A DNA stretch of 64,000 nucleotides from the human T2T-CHM13v2.0 reference genome, Homo sapiens. How positions within the stretch are numbered: the stretch's first letter is position 1; each line of letters starts with the position of its first letter. The translations under genes were made by a program, and so were the position numbers. The stretch lies in assembly GCF_009914755.1 (NCBI RefSeq), contig NC_060935.1. One strand, given 5' to 3'. Positions 14,064 to 27,398 of the stretch are shown here, piece after piece. Below the pieces are notes generated by a model. The model saw only the letters and a program-made list of their open reading frames with translations. It ran no database searches and was not told the DNA's origin.

Positions 14064-14640
14064 GCGTGATGGGAACCATGGGGTTCCCTTCTGGGATCTG
14101 GGCTTGCAGGGTGATAGAGAAAATAAAACAGAAGCCTGAGAGTTTGAGATCAAGGTTCTAGCTTTCACCCTGCTCCAGCTTCTTTAATAGACATGTTAAC
14201 TAGCCTCAGTTTCCTTATCTGCAAAAAGCGGGGGTTGTGCCCGGGGATCCCTAAGGCGTCTTCCAGTTCTATTTTCACCTCTTAAAGTGCTGTGAGGGGC
14301 TGTAAGCCAAAGGAGGCCTATAGCCATTGGGTATTCATTGTTTATATTCATGTGCTGTGCTGTTTGGGTACTTGGTGTCCCCAAGGGTTATTCTCTCCAT
14401 GACAGGGCAGCTCTCTGGATCAGACTGCCTTGTTTTCATGCTATTCAGGTCAAAGACGGAGCTGTCATTTCTCCCTTGGAAAGAGTCATGGTGGTTTTTT
14501 GGTGCTTTTCTTAGACACACAGCAGGAAAAATGCCTTTTACAGCAGTTGATGAGCTTGTCAAGCAGCCATTCTTTCGGGAGCACAGATGAGCACAGGTTC
14601 ACTCCTGGCCGGAATATAAGAAGAAGCAGAGCAAAGTTAA

Positions 14641-14983
<343 letters not shown>

Positions 14984-16085
14984 TGTACTCACAATACTTC
15001 TGACACCCAATGTGTGGGTTTTCCACACCAAGTAATTCTTAAATATTTTGCAGCCACCAACCAGATGTCCTAGAATTTAATTAAATTTTACCACTACCCA
15101 GAGTTAGCACAGGCCCTATAGGTTAAGAGCTCAGTCCTGCAAGACTATCTACCACTTCAGATATCAACGGCAAGTGGTGGGTCCACATATTACCCACACT
15201 TATGTCTAACTTGGCTACAAATCAGGGCTTCCTACAACCTTCTTTTGGTTTCTATAATTTACTTTAATAGCTTAGAGAACTCAGGGAAGCACTATGCTTA
15301 TGTTTACCAGGTTATTTTAAAGGATATAAATGAACAGCTGGATGAGGAGATGCAAAAGGTGAAGTCTGGAAGGGTCCAAAGCACAGGAGCTTCTGTCCTT
15401 TTAGAGTTGGGGTGCACCACCCTCCTGGCACATGGATAGGTTCACTAAGTCAGAAACTCTCCATACCTCCTCATTTAGGGTTTTTATGGATGTTCCATTA
15501 GGCATGATTGATTGAATCATTGGCCATGGGTGATTAACTCAATCCCCAGTCCCTTTCCCCTCCCCAGAGGTCAGGTATGTGTGTGGCAGGGTGGAGGGGT
15601 AGTAGGTGGGGAAGTGGGGAGAATAGGTCGGTGGGCTGGAAATTCCAACTTTTTTTTTCCTCAATGTAATTTTTGTTAATGTATATCTGTAAGCACTATT
15701 TATTTCTGCACCTACAATGGTTCCTGGATTCTAAACAGTCATGGAGTTTAAATTTGTAACATTGGTTTAATAACAACTTTTCAGAGAGCAAAAGATGAAA
15801 TTTTTCACTCCATGAAATATCCCATATTCTATGAGTCAGCACATGTAAAGCACACATAACAGAACCTGGTACAAAGTAAGTGCAAGATGAATGTTAGCTA
15901 TTATATCTATGATATTAAAATGTGAAAAGATGACACCTTAGCATTGAAGAAATATGGTTTTTTAAATTTTTAAATCAATATTATAAAGTTACTTTTAGTG
16001 TTGATTTGTTGAAATTTATTATCTTTATCCCAGGGAATGCCTTCCTTGGCTCTTGATCTTTATTTTCCTTGACCTGCTAACAAAC

Positions 16086-16335
16086 TTTTTTTTTTATACT
16101 TTAAGTTCTAGGGTACATGTGCACAACATGCAGGTTTGTTACATAGGTATACATGTACCATGTTGGTTTGCTGCACCCATTAACTCGTCATTTACATTAT
16201 GACACAATGCTATCCCTCCCCCATCCCCCATACATTATGACATTATGACATAATGCTATCCCTCCCCCATCCCCCCACCCCACGACAGGACCCAGTGTGT
16301 GATGTTCCCCACTCTGTGTCCAAGTGTTCTAATTG
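16086..16335 (-). mobile_element. L1PA (about PA6-8) 3' end, ~250 bp, carrying a 3' transduction (15659-16085)
   Basis: TTATACTTTAAGTTCTAGGGTACATGTGCACAAC L1PA terminus. The TSD AATTCCAAC(C)TTTT brackets the L1 together with ~430 bp of non-L1 DNA. Confidence 0.85.
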
Positions 16336-17654
16336 AATTCCAACCTTTTAATAATATGGTTGGTTCTTCCCACAACCAGCCCCCAACCTGAAGCTAAGGA
16401 CTTTCAGCCACCAGTTATCTCATTAGCATAAACTCAGGTATGGTTAAAAGGTATTTATTATGAATAAAAAAAAGATGCTCCTATCACCTCTATCACTCAG
16501 GAAATTTCAAGGGTTTTAGGAGCTCTGTGCTGAGAACCAGGGATGAAAACCAAATATATGTATATTTTTTATTATGTTGTGTCATCACAGAAGTCCTAAA
16601 AATTTAGTTTGAATTCTCTTGCAGTTTCTTGTGACCTTGGGCAGGTGATTAAGCTGCTTTAAGCCTCAGTTATTTAATCAACTCAACTGGGACCTTGCGT
16701 GGATATGGTAAATGGTGTATGTAAAGTCCATGTATTGAATGTGCTTGGAATTCAGGAAGTGCTTTTATTTTATTGTTTTATTATTATTATTCATTTAAAA
16801 CATACTTATTTCCCAAGATTGAAGGATAAAATAGCTTTTACCAGTTATCCCACCTACTAATCAAGCGGTTTTTATTTCTGGAAGCTTCTCTACAACTTAC
16901 CTAGTCTCCAAAAGGAGGTAGTCAGGAATGGTGATTAGGTCAGTGGAATTATTTAGTGATTCGTCCCTGGAGCCACATGTGGAATGGTTTTCCATCTGAG
17001 GTTTTGGTGATAGTTCCACTACTTTTTTGCCTCATGATTGATAGTCCATTCCACCTTTGAATTTTTATATCAGTCTGCAAATGAATAACTATTGGCTCCT
17101 TGGGGGATTGATTCTCAGTGTTGCAGCAAGATCATATAATAAAATTAAGTCACCAAAAAGGGGATTTTTTAAAAGGCAGTAGAGAAAGGGGTGTGTCTCT
17201 GGATGAATGCTGTATTGAAGTGTCATGATGGAGTGTCAAGAAATATGCTTTCTTTCTTGAGATGGTGGTACCATTTTCTGAGGAGGCAAAGCCCACACCT
17301 TTCCATAGCCTTTCGGTAGTTCCATGCATAGCTAGAAGTTACGGTCATCTGAGAGGGTTAGAAAGGATGTGTGGAGAGTTGGATGAACCCAGATGTGACC
17401 ATGTCTGCCCTGTGAATAACCTTGACTGACTCTCCTCTACCTGGAGGATAGATATTTGGTTTGACATAGGAGGAACGCCATAACCTGCATCACTCATACC
17501 CACTATGACATTCTAGTTGTATGGAACTATGGGGCAATCCTCTACATTCAGCTTGGTTTCCTCCACCTGGATGCCCCTCTTCCCCCTTCTCCCTTTCTCC
17601 CCTGGCTTGCTCCTATCTAGCCTTCAACCCTAATCCCATGTGTCATGTCCTCCT

Positions 17655-17860
17655 GGTGGTTTTCCATTTTGGCTGCACATTAGAATCAGGAGGAGCTTTT
17701 ATAAGTCCTGAGACCAGTTCCCAATCCTGAATGATTACATCCACATCTCTGGCATGTGGACCCAAGCATCAATGTTATTGTGTTTTTTTGTTTGTTTGCT
17801 TGGGTTTAATCACATCTCAAGTGATTTCAATGTGCAGCTAAGATTGTGAACAACTGCGCT
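17655..17860. mobile_element. MER5-type hAT-Charlie element
   Basis: GTGGTTTTCCATTTTGGCTGCACATTAGAATCA...GAACAACTG. Confidence 0.65.
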
Positions 17861-18644
17861 ACACTGTGGCCACCTTATTCTTCTTTGTAAATCTAGCAGC
17901 CAGCACAGTGCCCAGCACAAGTTAATCTTCAGTAAATATTTGTTGAATGACGGAGTGAGGGTGTGACCCGTGAGACACTTTATCTTTTCAGTTGTATATC
18001 TCTAAGACTGGCCTTTCTGCTTGTTGTAACAGTGCCTTGAGGACTGGATCCTTTCTTCTGTGACCTCTATCTCCTATGTTTATTCCTGGGGCTTATCCAG
18101 CTTATTTTTTATCTTTCTTAAAACTTGAAGTTTTGAAAGTCCAATTTTTAAACTTTAGTTTTTTAGTATAAAAGCAGTATGTGCTTATTTTAGAAAATCT
18201 GGACTTTAGAAAGAATAGGTGGGGGAGCTCACTCTCACCACCCACAAGCAAACTGGTTCCTTGTTTTCTTAACCTTTCATAATTTGTTGCCCTTTGGGGT
18301 TGCTTGACCCTCTGGCATGCCTCAAGGAGCTCAGTTGGTGCTGTCTCTGCTCAGACCTGGTGAACTGGCCTATGAGTGCCAGGAGAGGAGTGTGTCATGA
18401 GAATAGCATTCTTGGGAGCCACCAGGGCTAACTCCCCTGAGGGCCAATATGCAAGGAGAAAGTGTTTTCTTGTGCTATTCTGGCCTTCCTCATTCAGGCA
18501 GGATGTATGCTGGGTCTTATTAGGACAAATTATGACATTTGTATAACTTCTTTAAAATAATAACTTAAATATTTCCCAGTCTCCTCCTACCCCCTTGTCC
18601 TCCAAAAATATGGGATGAGATTGCAGCTCTGGATCACAGTGTTT

Positions 18645-19560
18645 ATGCCTTAGTCAGGATAGGCTAAACCCCAGTGTCAGTGGCTTAACACAAGGAAGAC
18701 TGCGTTTCGTGCTTGTGCAATGGTCAAATGTAGAGTTGTCAGAGGGCTGTGCTTCATGTGTCATTAAGGACCCTGGCTTCTTCCGTTTCCTGGCTTTACC
18801 ATCTTCTAGGGGCTCAGATTCTTTCAGTGATGTTTGCATCCATTTGTCAGGTAAGTGAATCAGGTGAGCAAGAATGTTCACCCTTGATTGCCTCAGCCTG
18901 GAGGCAAAATACTCACTTCTCCTCATTTTCCAAGGGTAAGAACTAGTCTTACAGCCTCACCCAGATGGAATGGGGTGGGGTGGAAAAATGTAGTCTAGTT
19001 ATATGCCAGGAAAAAGAGGAGAAGACACACATTGGTGATCACTAGCTGACTATACCAGTCGTATTTCTCTTATTGCTCAAACCATTATGACTGAGCCTCA
19101 TTTGGGCCATGTGGGTGCTTGGTCTTGGTATTATTTAGGATATAGGTTGGGCTGCTATAACAAAGGCCAAAATGACAGTTACTTAAACAATATGTAAGTT
19201 TATTTCTTTTTAACTTAGAGCATGAACAGTCCAGTGCTGATCTGGTGGCTTCAGGGTGCACTATATCCTCAAAAGTAATTTCCATGCAGTGGTTCAAGGT
19301 GACTGTTTCAGCTTCTACTATCACATCCGCATTCTAGTCCATAGACGAGGGAGAAGGAAAGTGGTGGGCACAACCTGAAAGCTGCACACATCTAATGGTG
19401 TTCACTTATATTCCATTGGCCTGAACTTTAGTCACGTGGCTACCCGCAGTTCCAGGAAGACTGGGAAAACTGGGTGGGGATAGGATGGAGTCTATTATCA
19501 GAGAATAGCTGGGTAGGGTACAGGGAGAAAGAGATGCTGGATGACTAGCAATCTTCCTAA
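18645..19560 (-). mobile_element. Two old MaLR LTRs (MLT1J/K/L-like; ~18645-19060 and ~19130-19560)
   Basis: TAGTCAGGATAGGCTA, CAGTGGCTTAACACAA and CCATTGGCCTGAACTTTAGTCACGTGGC motifs; subfamily uncertain. Confidence 0.6.
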
Positions 19561-19708
19561 CAAGTTATAGGAAGCACATCTTAGTGGTTAAGAGCATGGG
19601 TATCAAGCCATACTGAGTGATGAATTTTAGCTCCACCTCTTACTTGCTTTATGACCATAGACAAGTTACTTAATCTGTATCTTCTTTTCCTAAACTTTAA
19701 AATCATGT

Positions 19709-20727
19709 ACTATTTTCTGATGCTTTTCCAGACCCACTTACCATCCTTTATCACTCTTCTCTGTGCTCTGAAACACTTACCTTTTGGAATGCATCACCTG
19801 GATTCCTGTTGTATTTGACCAATAAGAAGCACTGGCAGGATACAGGAGGGTGGTAAGAAAGAGAACTCAGTGTACCTACTTCCTTCCCATCAAGCTGTGG
19901 GACAATATGGCTGTGTGATTCTGCTGCACATAACTATAGAATGGCCTTCTCTTATAGCATCTTGTCTTGCTGGATTCTGATAACTTCCTCTTCCAGCTTA
20001 TGGGTTGCATTAGGGTTCTCCAGAGAGACAGAACAAATAGGATATATATAGGTATAGTTGGATGAGAGGGAATTTATTAGGGGAATCTGCTCTTGTGATT
20101 ATGGAGGGTGAGAAGTCCCGTGACAGGCTGTCTGCAAGCTGGGGAACCATGGAAGCCATGGTGAGCCTCAGTCCAAGTCTGAAATCCTCAGAACCATGGA
20201 ACATGATGATGTAACTCTCAGCCCAAGGCCAAAGGCCTGAGAACCTGGGTAACCACTGGTGCGAGTACTGGAGTTCAAAACCCAAACAACCTGGAGTTCT
20301 GATGTCCAAGGGCAGAAGAAGAGCGTCCCAGCTCTTGAAGAGACAGCAAGGATTTGCCTTTCCTCAGCCCTTTTGGTTCCATCCAGGCCCCCGGCCAATT
20401 GGATGGTGCCTATCCACATTGAAGGCAGATCTTCCCCACTCAGTCTACCTACTCAAATGCCAGCCTCTTCTGGAAACACCCTCACAGACACACCCAGAAA
20501 TAATGCATTGTCATCTCTCTAGGTATCCCTGAATTCAGTCATGTCGACACCTAAAACTAACCATCACAGGGATGGTAGCAGCTCCTCATAGTGACTAGCC
20601 CCAGGGTGCTTCATCATCATTTGCTGTTTTCCTTTAACCCTTTTGTAAATAGTTGCTTCATTAGACTGTCTTCAGTCACTCCTTTTGCACATACCATCTA
20701 TTTCCTGATAGGACGCTGACTGATACA
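19709..20727. mobile_element. LTR33-like ERVL LTR split by MLT2B
   Basis: Terminus ...TTTCCTGATAGGACGCTGACTGATACA; the two halves flank the MLT2 element. Confidence 0.6.
20006..20568 (-). mobile_element. MLT2B-type (HERV-L) solo LTR
   Basis: TGCATTAGGGTTCTCCAGAGAGACAGAAC...GGAAACACCCTCACAGACACACCCAGAAATAATG...AACCATCACA. Confidence 0.85.
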
Positions 20728-22792
20728 ATGGGGATAATAATAGTACTGACCGCAGCCCATGGTGGTGAGGATTAAATGCATTATGTGAGAAATGCCTGAT
20801 TGTAGTAACCACCATTAAATGTCTTTCTGTCTGATACCTCCAAGTATGGTCAAAGCTTTCTGAAAGATTTGGCATATAAGTTAAATAATACTGTCACTTA
20901 TCTCCTCTTCCCTATCCTGTTTCAGAAGGATGGGTTGAGATTCAAGACTTTTGAACAAATCTGTTCTAAGACAAATGTAAAGTTTCCTCCCTCTCATTTT
21001 TATGGGGATGAAAAAGGAGACAGGAACCAGGCTAGATTCACCTACTGTGTCAGGCACTTTGTACTTTATACATATAACCATTGTACTCAGCTTATGGCTT
21101 GGGTCATGTTACCCACAGTGGTACCCCCAAATATAACAATTTCCAAGCATTTGCCTGCCCATCTTACTAAGAAATGGAGTCTTTTTAAAGGCCACCCTGC
21201 AGTTTTATGGTCCAGGAATCCTTAGGTGGTGCTTATTTGCATGCACAGAGTCAGTTCTGGCTGCTCTAGTGTCTTGTCAGGGGAGCTGGGATTCAGAAAC
21301 ACCATATTGAGACCCGTGAACACCGTGATAATTGCTCCATGCCCTCTCTTCTCCACTTGACACTGGCTGTTGCTGCTGCTGCCCCTACTCACACCAGAAC
21401 TTGGAGGCTTGGCCTTTGCTTACTTGAGAGCCTGACTGGTTTCCCAGGGTCCTACTCTCTCCTGGCTGCAGGGATGAGAATGCTACTCTCCTGTGCACTC
21501 TCTGAGTGGGCCCAGGTCCTCCTGATTGCGACACAAGCCTACACCTGTCCTAGGTTTTGGGATTGGGTGGGCTACGTGTGCGTAGCCTTGAGCTGGCCTC
21601 CAACTGACAGGGGCGTCCCTATCCCCTGCCTTGCTCCCGTGATGTACCCTAGATCTCTCCACCCTTTAGAAGCCTATGTATCCTGCCATCCTCCTCCTCA
21701 AGCCCTGAACACAGCTTCTGAGAGCTAACTTTTTCTCAGGATGATTGACAGTGGGAAATTCAATTCCCTTCACAGGAAACCTCACCCTACCACGGGGGTG
21801 TGGTTTGGCCTCCTATTCCAACAAAACAATCACAAAATAGTTCAGCGTTGTTACACTTCCCCAAATCTGAGTAACTCAGTCTTTTCCATGATTAATCTTG
21901 TTGGGCACATTAGTTTATTTCATTCTCAGAACAACTTAGTGAAGCAGATGAAATTATTTTCATTTTCTAAAGGAGGAAACAGAGGCTCAGAGAGGTTAAA
22001 GGATCTGCCCAGAGTCGTTTGGCTAGAGGCAAAGATTAGATTCAACATCTAATCTCTGGCTCCAGAGCCAGTTTCGGTTTTCTAGGAAGGAGAATGTACA
22101 AGTTGGTCTCCTCCTAGGGAGACTGTATTGGGAATTGAATAAATATGTTAAAGTATCCAGCACAGGGACAGGCAGTACAATACATGGATATTCAGTACGT
22201 ATTTCTTGAACAAAAGATGACTGGTAGGCACTCAAAACTATATATATATTTTTTTTTTATTTTTTAGACCACCAAATAATGATCAATATTATCTGAATAT
22301 TGATCTGAAACAACAACCATAAAAACTCCTCTTTGCTTCCTTCATTTATTTCCTGCCCTTTCTGCCCTTTCCATCCATTCATTCCTATGTATTGCAGCAG
22401 AGTCCCTGGGACACGAAATCTCCCCTGGTTTCCCAATAGTGCTGATACTATTTCTAAAAGAAACGAAACCTTTGCAGCAGCACAATTTGGGGCGAGGCGG
22501 TAGAAGCCTAAGGAGAATACAAAAGGACGATTCAGGGCAGGTGGACTCAAACTTGAATGTAAAATTGATCACCACTCCCCTAATATTGGTTTGCAAAGTG
22601 ATATTACACATTGCTCAGGAAGTGAGTTTTATTTCAGGGTATTCTAGTTGGGAGAGAGAATGGAGTAGGAAGGGGGAAAATGACAATAAATTCTGAAGAT
22701 AAATGGTTATCTGCTTTGGCTAAAAAAAAAAAAAAGATCAAGGAAAGAGATCTGGAGTAATGGGATAAAACATATATATGCTCACATGCATT

Positions 22793-22841
22793 CACACAGC
22801 ACACACACACACACACACGTGCACACACGCACACACACACA
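22793..22841. repeat. Interrupted (CA)n microsatellite
   Basis: Directly visible. Confidence 0.95.
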
Positions 22842-25761
22842 TAGGAAAATGGGAAGGGCATTTTCCCTGCCAAAAAGATGTTTCTACTAGAAATAAATGG
22901 AAGAGTGGCCATTCATTCCTGAAAATTAAACACAAGCGTGACTCCCCAGAAACGATATTTCATCAGTTGTTAAGCACTAAGGGAGTCTAAAGAGTGTATA
23001 AATTACTAGTGTGATTTGTTCAAGGATACTATGATTATGGTTTCTGGGGCACATTCTTGCCGGATGATCATTGTGGAATTTATCCTGTTTGTTTTTTATT
23101 ACTCTCACACTCCTCAAATCAGTTTTGCCCAGTGTGGACACATTAAATTAATTTGATATTCATGGTTTGCTCTCTCTCTCCTGCTCACCCCCTCTCCTTT
23201 CCAGTTTCTCTCCTTTTCTCACTCTCTTCTTTCCCTCCTCCATTTCTGTCTCTGTTTTCCTAAGTCAGTTGCACCCTCCTCAGCCCCCACTCACCTCCTC
23301 TTGCTCCCTCCTCCTTTTTCCATCTTATATTGGAATATGGACAGAAAAGGCAGTGCTTGCCTTCCTAGGGCTCTCTGCCAGAAAATGGAATAGGTCAGAT
23401 TATAAAAGGGGATAAAAAAAGAATGTTCCTTGGCAAAATGGGGAAAACATGTTCAGGGATGGTTTGCTGTCTCTTGCTGCCTGCTGCCTGCGGAAATACA
23501 CTCCTTACAGGACCCCTGCTTATGAACATTTATCCCCATGGCACATATGTGTGGTTATGTTAATGTCAAATATGTATAAACATTTATTTCTGCTTAATTC
23601 TCTTCCCCCTGTGACCTTTGTACCCCCAAATCTAGAGTGGACAAGATTACTGATCACCTGATGGTAAGACTTATTAACCTTTTCTCAGGGATTTTTTAAA
23701 AGATTACTGGGAAGAGTGGACACTGAGACTGCTTTCAGGTTGCTGTCTAACAGTCAATAGCTTTTGGAAACTTTAGGTTCTTAAGAAAACACAGAAGGGA
23801 CATGTGGGTACAAAACCTGGTCTGGAATGAATCCTGTGGAAAATACAGGGTTTGGGGCCGGTGGGGTGGGGTACAATAGTCTACTGCTGGGATCTGTAAA
23901 CCTGCCAGGGCTCCTTTGTCTGTCTCCCAAGGGTTTGCTGTTTACTGTCTGTTGACCATGAATAAATGTCCATTATTGTTGCTCTTGTGGTTGGTCAGCC
24001 AGAGAGTTAGACTTTAGGCTCCTTTTATAAAAATATTTACCTGCTAGCTCTAAAAGTCATTTTCCCTCAAATTCAAACGGCAACTCCAGACTGAGTATTT
24101 GCTGTGAACTAAGGAGTGTGGCAGGCAGTTTTATGTCGCTGTCTGGCTGTGGTGGGGGTTAACTTCAGGTGAACACCGGCTACCTCCCCCTCCACTGGTT
24201 CCCCTCCCATCTTGTAGGCGGGTGATTAGGATCAAAAGAATTAGCACATTTAAATCATTTAGAATAGTGCCTGAAAATGACTAGCATCTAATAAATATTA
24301 TTCTCATCCTACTGCTTTCCTGCTTTTTTTTTTTTTTTTTTTCCTGTCTTCCCCTCCTTGCCTTGTCACTCTCAAGTATGGCTTCTTACCCTGAAGTCCA
24401 TTTTGTTTCTACTCTCTTAATTCATTTGCTGACATTGAAAAAAGATAGAAAAAGAAAATAAATTACAAATAGCTTTATTAAATGCATTATAATAAAAAGA
24501 GCTAATATTTATTGAGTGCTTTTCATGTGTTAGATTATAACATTATGTCAGTCATCTTAAAACAATCCTGTAAGACAGGTACTATTACTTCCCTCATCTT
24601 TCAGATGGAGAACTGAAGCTAAGACAAGTTAAATAACTTGCCAAATCATACCTGGTAAGTGGTAGGGCCAGGGCTTAAACCCAGCCCTGTTCTTCTCTAT
24701 TGCTAGGATTCCTAACCACCATCTTCAGTTCCAGAGCAAGTCACTAGAACCCAAACTCCTGATTCTCAATAACAGATTCTTGGCAGAACCCTAATTTGTG
24801 ACTAGGTATGTTTAACTACAAAACCTTAGCTTGACTCACTCACAATACTGCCTACAACTTGCCACACACTGCAAGCTAGGCTCAGGCATGTGAAGGTGAG
24901 TGAGACACAGTCCTTCCCTCAAAGAACTGGTAACTTAATTGGGAAGAAAGATCTATTAACAGGAACATTTACAACGTGGAGTTCTAGCTCCTTCAGGCCA
25001 GTGGGCACTGATGGGCTGCATGACCTTGGGCAAGTGATCTAACCCCTGTGGACTTCAGTTTCCTCATCTGTGATATGGGAAGGCAAATATCTACTTCATA
25101 GGGTTATTGGAAGGGGTTAAGTGAGATAATATATGTAGAGTGCCCAGCACATATTTGGCACTCTATGAGCAATTTCAATTATTGTTGTTATTATATGGTG
25201 ACTGCAAGGGGGACATGGGACCCCAGAGAAGAGGAACCCGACTCAGTCATGGAGGTCAAGGAGAGGCCAGGCTGGCTTTCCAGATGAGATCCATCCATCA
25301 CAGTGTGACCCGAACGGCATCATGTATGCCTCAGAACAGCTGGCAGCAGCCATTGTGAGCTCTTCCTCTGGGGTCCCTGTGACCAAATGCTGAATAATAA
25401 AGTGCAGAAGAATGAAGCTGAATCTTCTCTCCCATACAAACCCAGATTTAGCATGGGAACGCTCCGAAGTGGGACTGTAACCTTGTTATCTCCTTCCTCA
25501 AATGCTGTCCACACCCTCATGCCTCACAGTGTCTGTTTTGCTTACTCTTAAGAGGTCCTTAAATTTGGCTCAGTAGTATTCAGTGGGACAAAGCTGTTAC
25601 ACCATGCTCACTTGCATTTCACTCCTTTTTCCATCCTTATCAGTATTGCTTTTTACTACTATCAGCTTCTTATAGCTGACATTCCACACTGTTTACCAAA
25701 TGAGAGACTAAGGGCTCCACTAAAGGAATTTTAGGGATATAACCTAGTGTAGGTAGGTTGG

Positions 25762-25960
25762 TATTTGCCAGACTTAGGAAATAAAACACAGGAGACCCAG
25801 TCAAATTTGAATTTCAGATAAACAGTGAATATTTTTTTTAGTATAAGTATGTCCACTACAATATTTTGGACACATAATACTAAAATATTTTGTTGTTTAT
25901 CTTCAGATAAACAGATAATTTGAATTCAGATCCAACTGGTGTTTCATCTGGCAGCCCTAG
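25762..25960. mobile_element. MER53 palindromic MITE
   Basis: TTGCCAGA...CCCAGTCAAATTTGAATTTCAGATAAAC...TAGTATAAGTATGTCC...TCTGGCAGCCCT; inverted arms. Confidence 0.8.
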
Positions 25961-26628
25961 GTGTGGGAGCAACATCTGGGGATGCTCTGCTCTTTGCATT
26001 GGATTTTGGCTTGCTCTTAGTAGGTGTGATAAATGGTGACTCAGTTCCATGTCACCAGGTATTCAGTTGCCACTTGACTCCATTTAGGTGCTTACATCGA
26101 TGAGACTTGATTGCTGCTATGCATATTATTTTATCACCTCAGTTAGAAAATGGATGCTTGAAATTAACCCTTCCTACAGTAGAAATCCTGAACAACTTCA
26201 GGGATTTGATGCGTGCTTCACTGTGCTCAATATATAAACACAGAAGACTGCCTACTCCTGGACTGGTTATATGGCTTCTGGGGTCTGAATGTTAAGGTTT
26301 TGATTTTCTTCCATTCTTTCTTTTAGCAGAAGCTCATGTCTGATCGACTCCATTTTGGAGAGTCAGAGCATCTTAGTGTCCTCATAGGAGGGAATACCCA
26401 ATGCCGTCCTCCTTAATGCACCATCACTCAGCCTCTGCTAGAACATCTTCTGAGCAGGTGTTGTATGAGTGGGGGAGGAGCTCCTGCTTCCTGAGAAAAC
26501 CTGGTCTATTGTTACACAGTGATCATTATTATAACGATTTCTTTATAGAGAGCTGAAACCTGACTTACTGTTTCTTACACACAGTTGTCCATGTTTTGCC
26601 TTCTAGAGCTTTCCAACATTTATTTTAC

Positions 26629-27398
26629 TGAAATGGGAGGAGTTCCCATATCCCCGTCACAGGGCCTGCGACAGGGGCGTGGCTCGCTTCTTCAGTGCCT
26701 CGCTGCTCAAACTCCTAGAGGCCGCATGCAGACAGGCAGGTTGTGGGGAGCGTTTTTGGGCTCCAAGCCCACGGCAGCATCTAGGGTTGACTGTTTACAG
26801 CTCCCGAAGCCCCAGTGGGTGTGTGTTACAGTGTGCTCTTTCAGTTTTGCTGTCTGCAGGCCGCTTGTGTTCATCAGCTCAGTTAGACCCTCTGCCTTAT
26901 CCCAAGGACAGAGGGCTTTCTGTATCCTGAGTTCTTGCCCTATTGTACCAGAAAAATTGGATCACACGTGGGCTTGGAGGATGGGTGCAAGGTTTTATTG
27001 AGTGGTGGAGGTAGCTCTGAATGAGGTGGACGGGAAACCAGAAAGGGGATGGAGTTGGAATGTGACCTTCCGCTGGAGTCAGGCTGCTCAGCAGCCAGAC
27101 TCTCCTCTGACTGCCCCCAACCAAATTCCGCTGTCGATGGCCTGCAGTGTTGGATGGTGTCTGGTGGTGTGCTCTTCTGCTCCTCTCAACGTCCAGCCGC
27201 TTGTGTCTGTGCCCGCTAGGGTCTCGGGTTTTTATGGGCACAGGATGGGGGGCGTGGCAGGCCAAAAGCAGCTTTTTGGGTGCAAAAACAGAAATGCCTG
27301 TCCTCATTTAGGTTTGTGGGCACAGGCCCGAGGATGGAGCCCTTGCCAGGGACCCCGCCCTTCTCTACCCAGCACTTCCCTGCCCTCCTCCTGTATCA
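26629..27398 (-). mobile_element. ERV1 solo LTR (LTR27/LTR28/MER52 group), inserted into an hAT-Charlie remnant (~26603-27626)
   Basis: TG...CA termini (TGAAATGGGAGG / CCTGTATCA), minus-strand AATAAA near 26994-26999, 4-bp TSD TTAC/TTAT. Confidence 0.75.

Noticed and set aside
23167-23325. Pyrimidine-rich tract as possible H-DNA
   Set aside because: Frequently interrupted and with no clear mirror symmetry; treated as low-complexity sequence.
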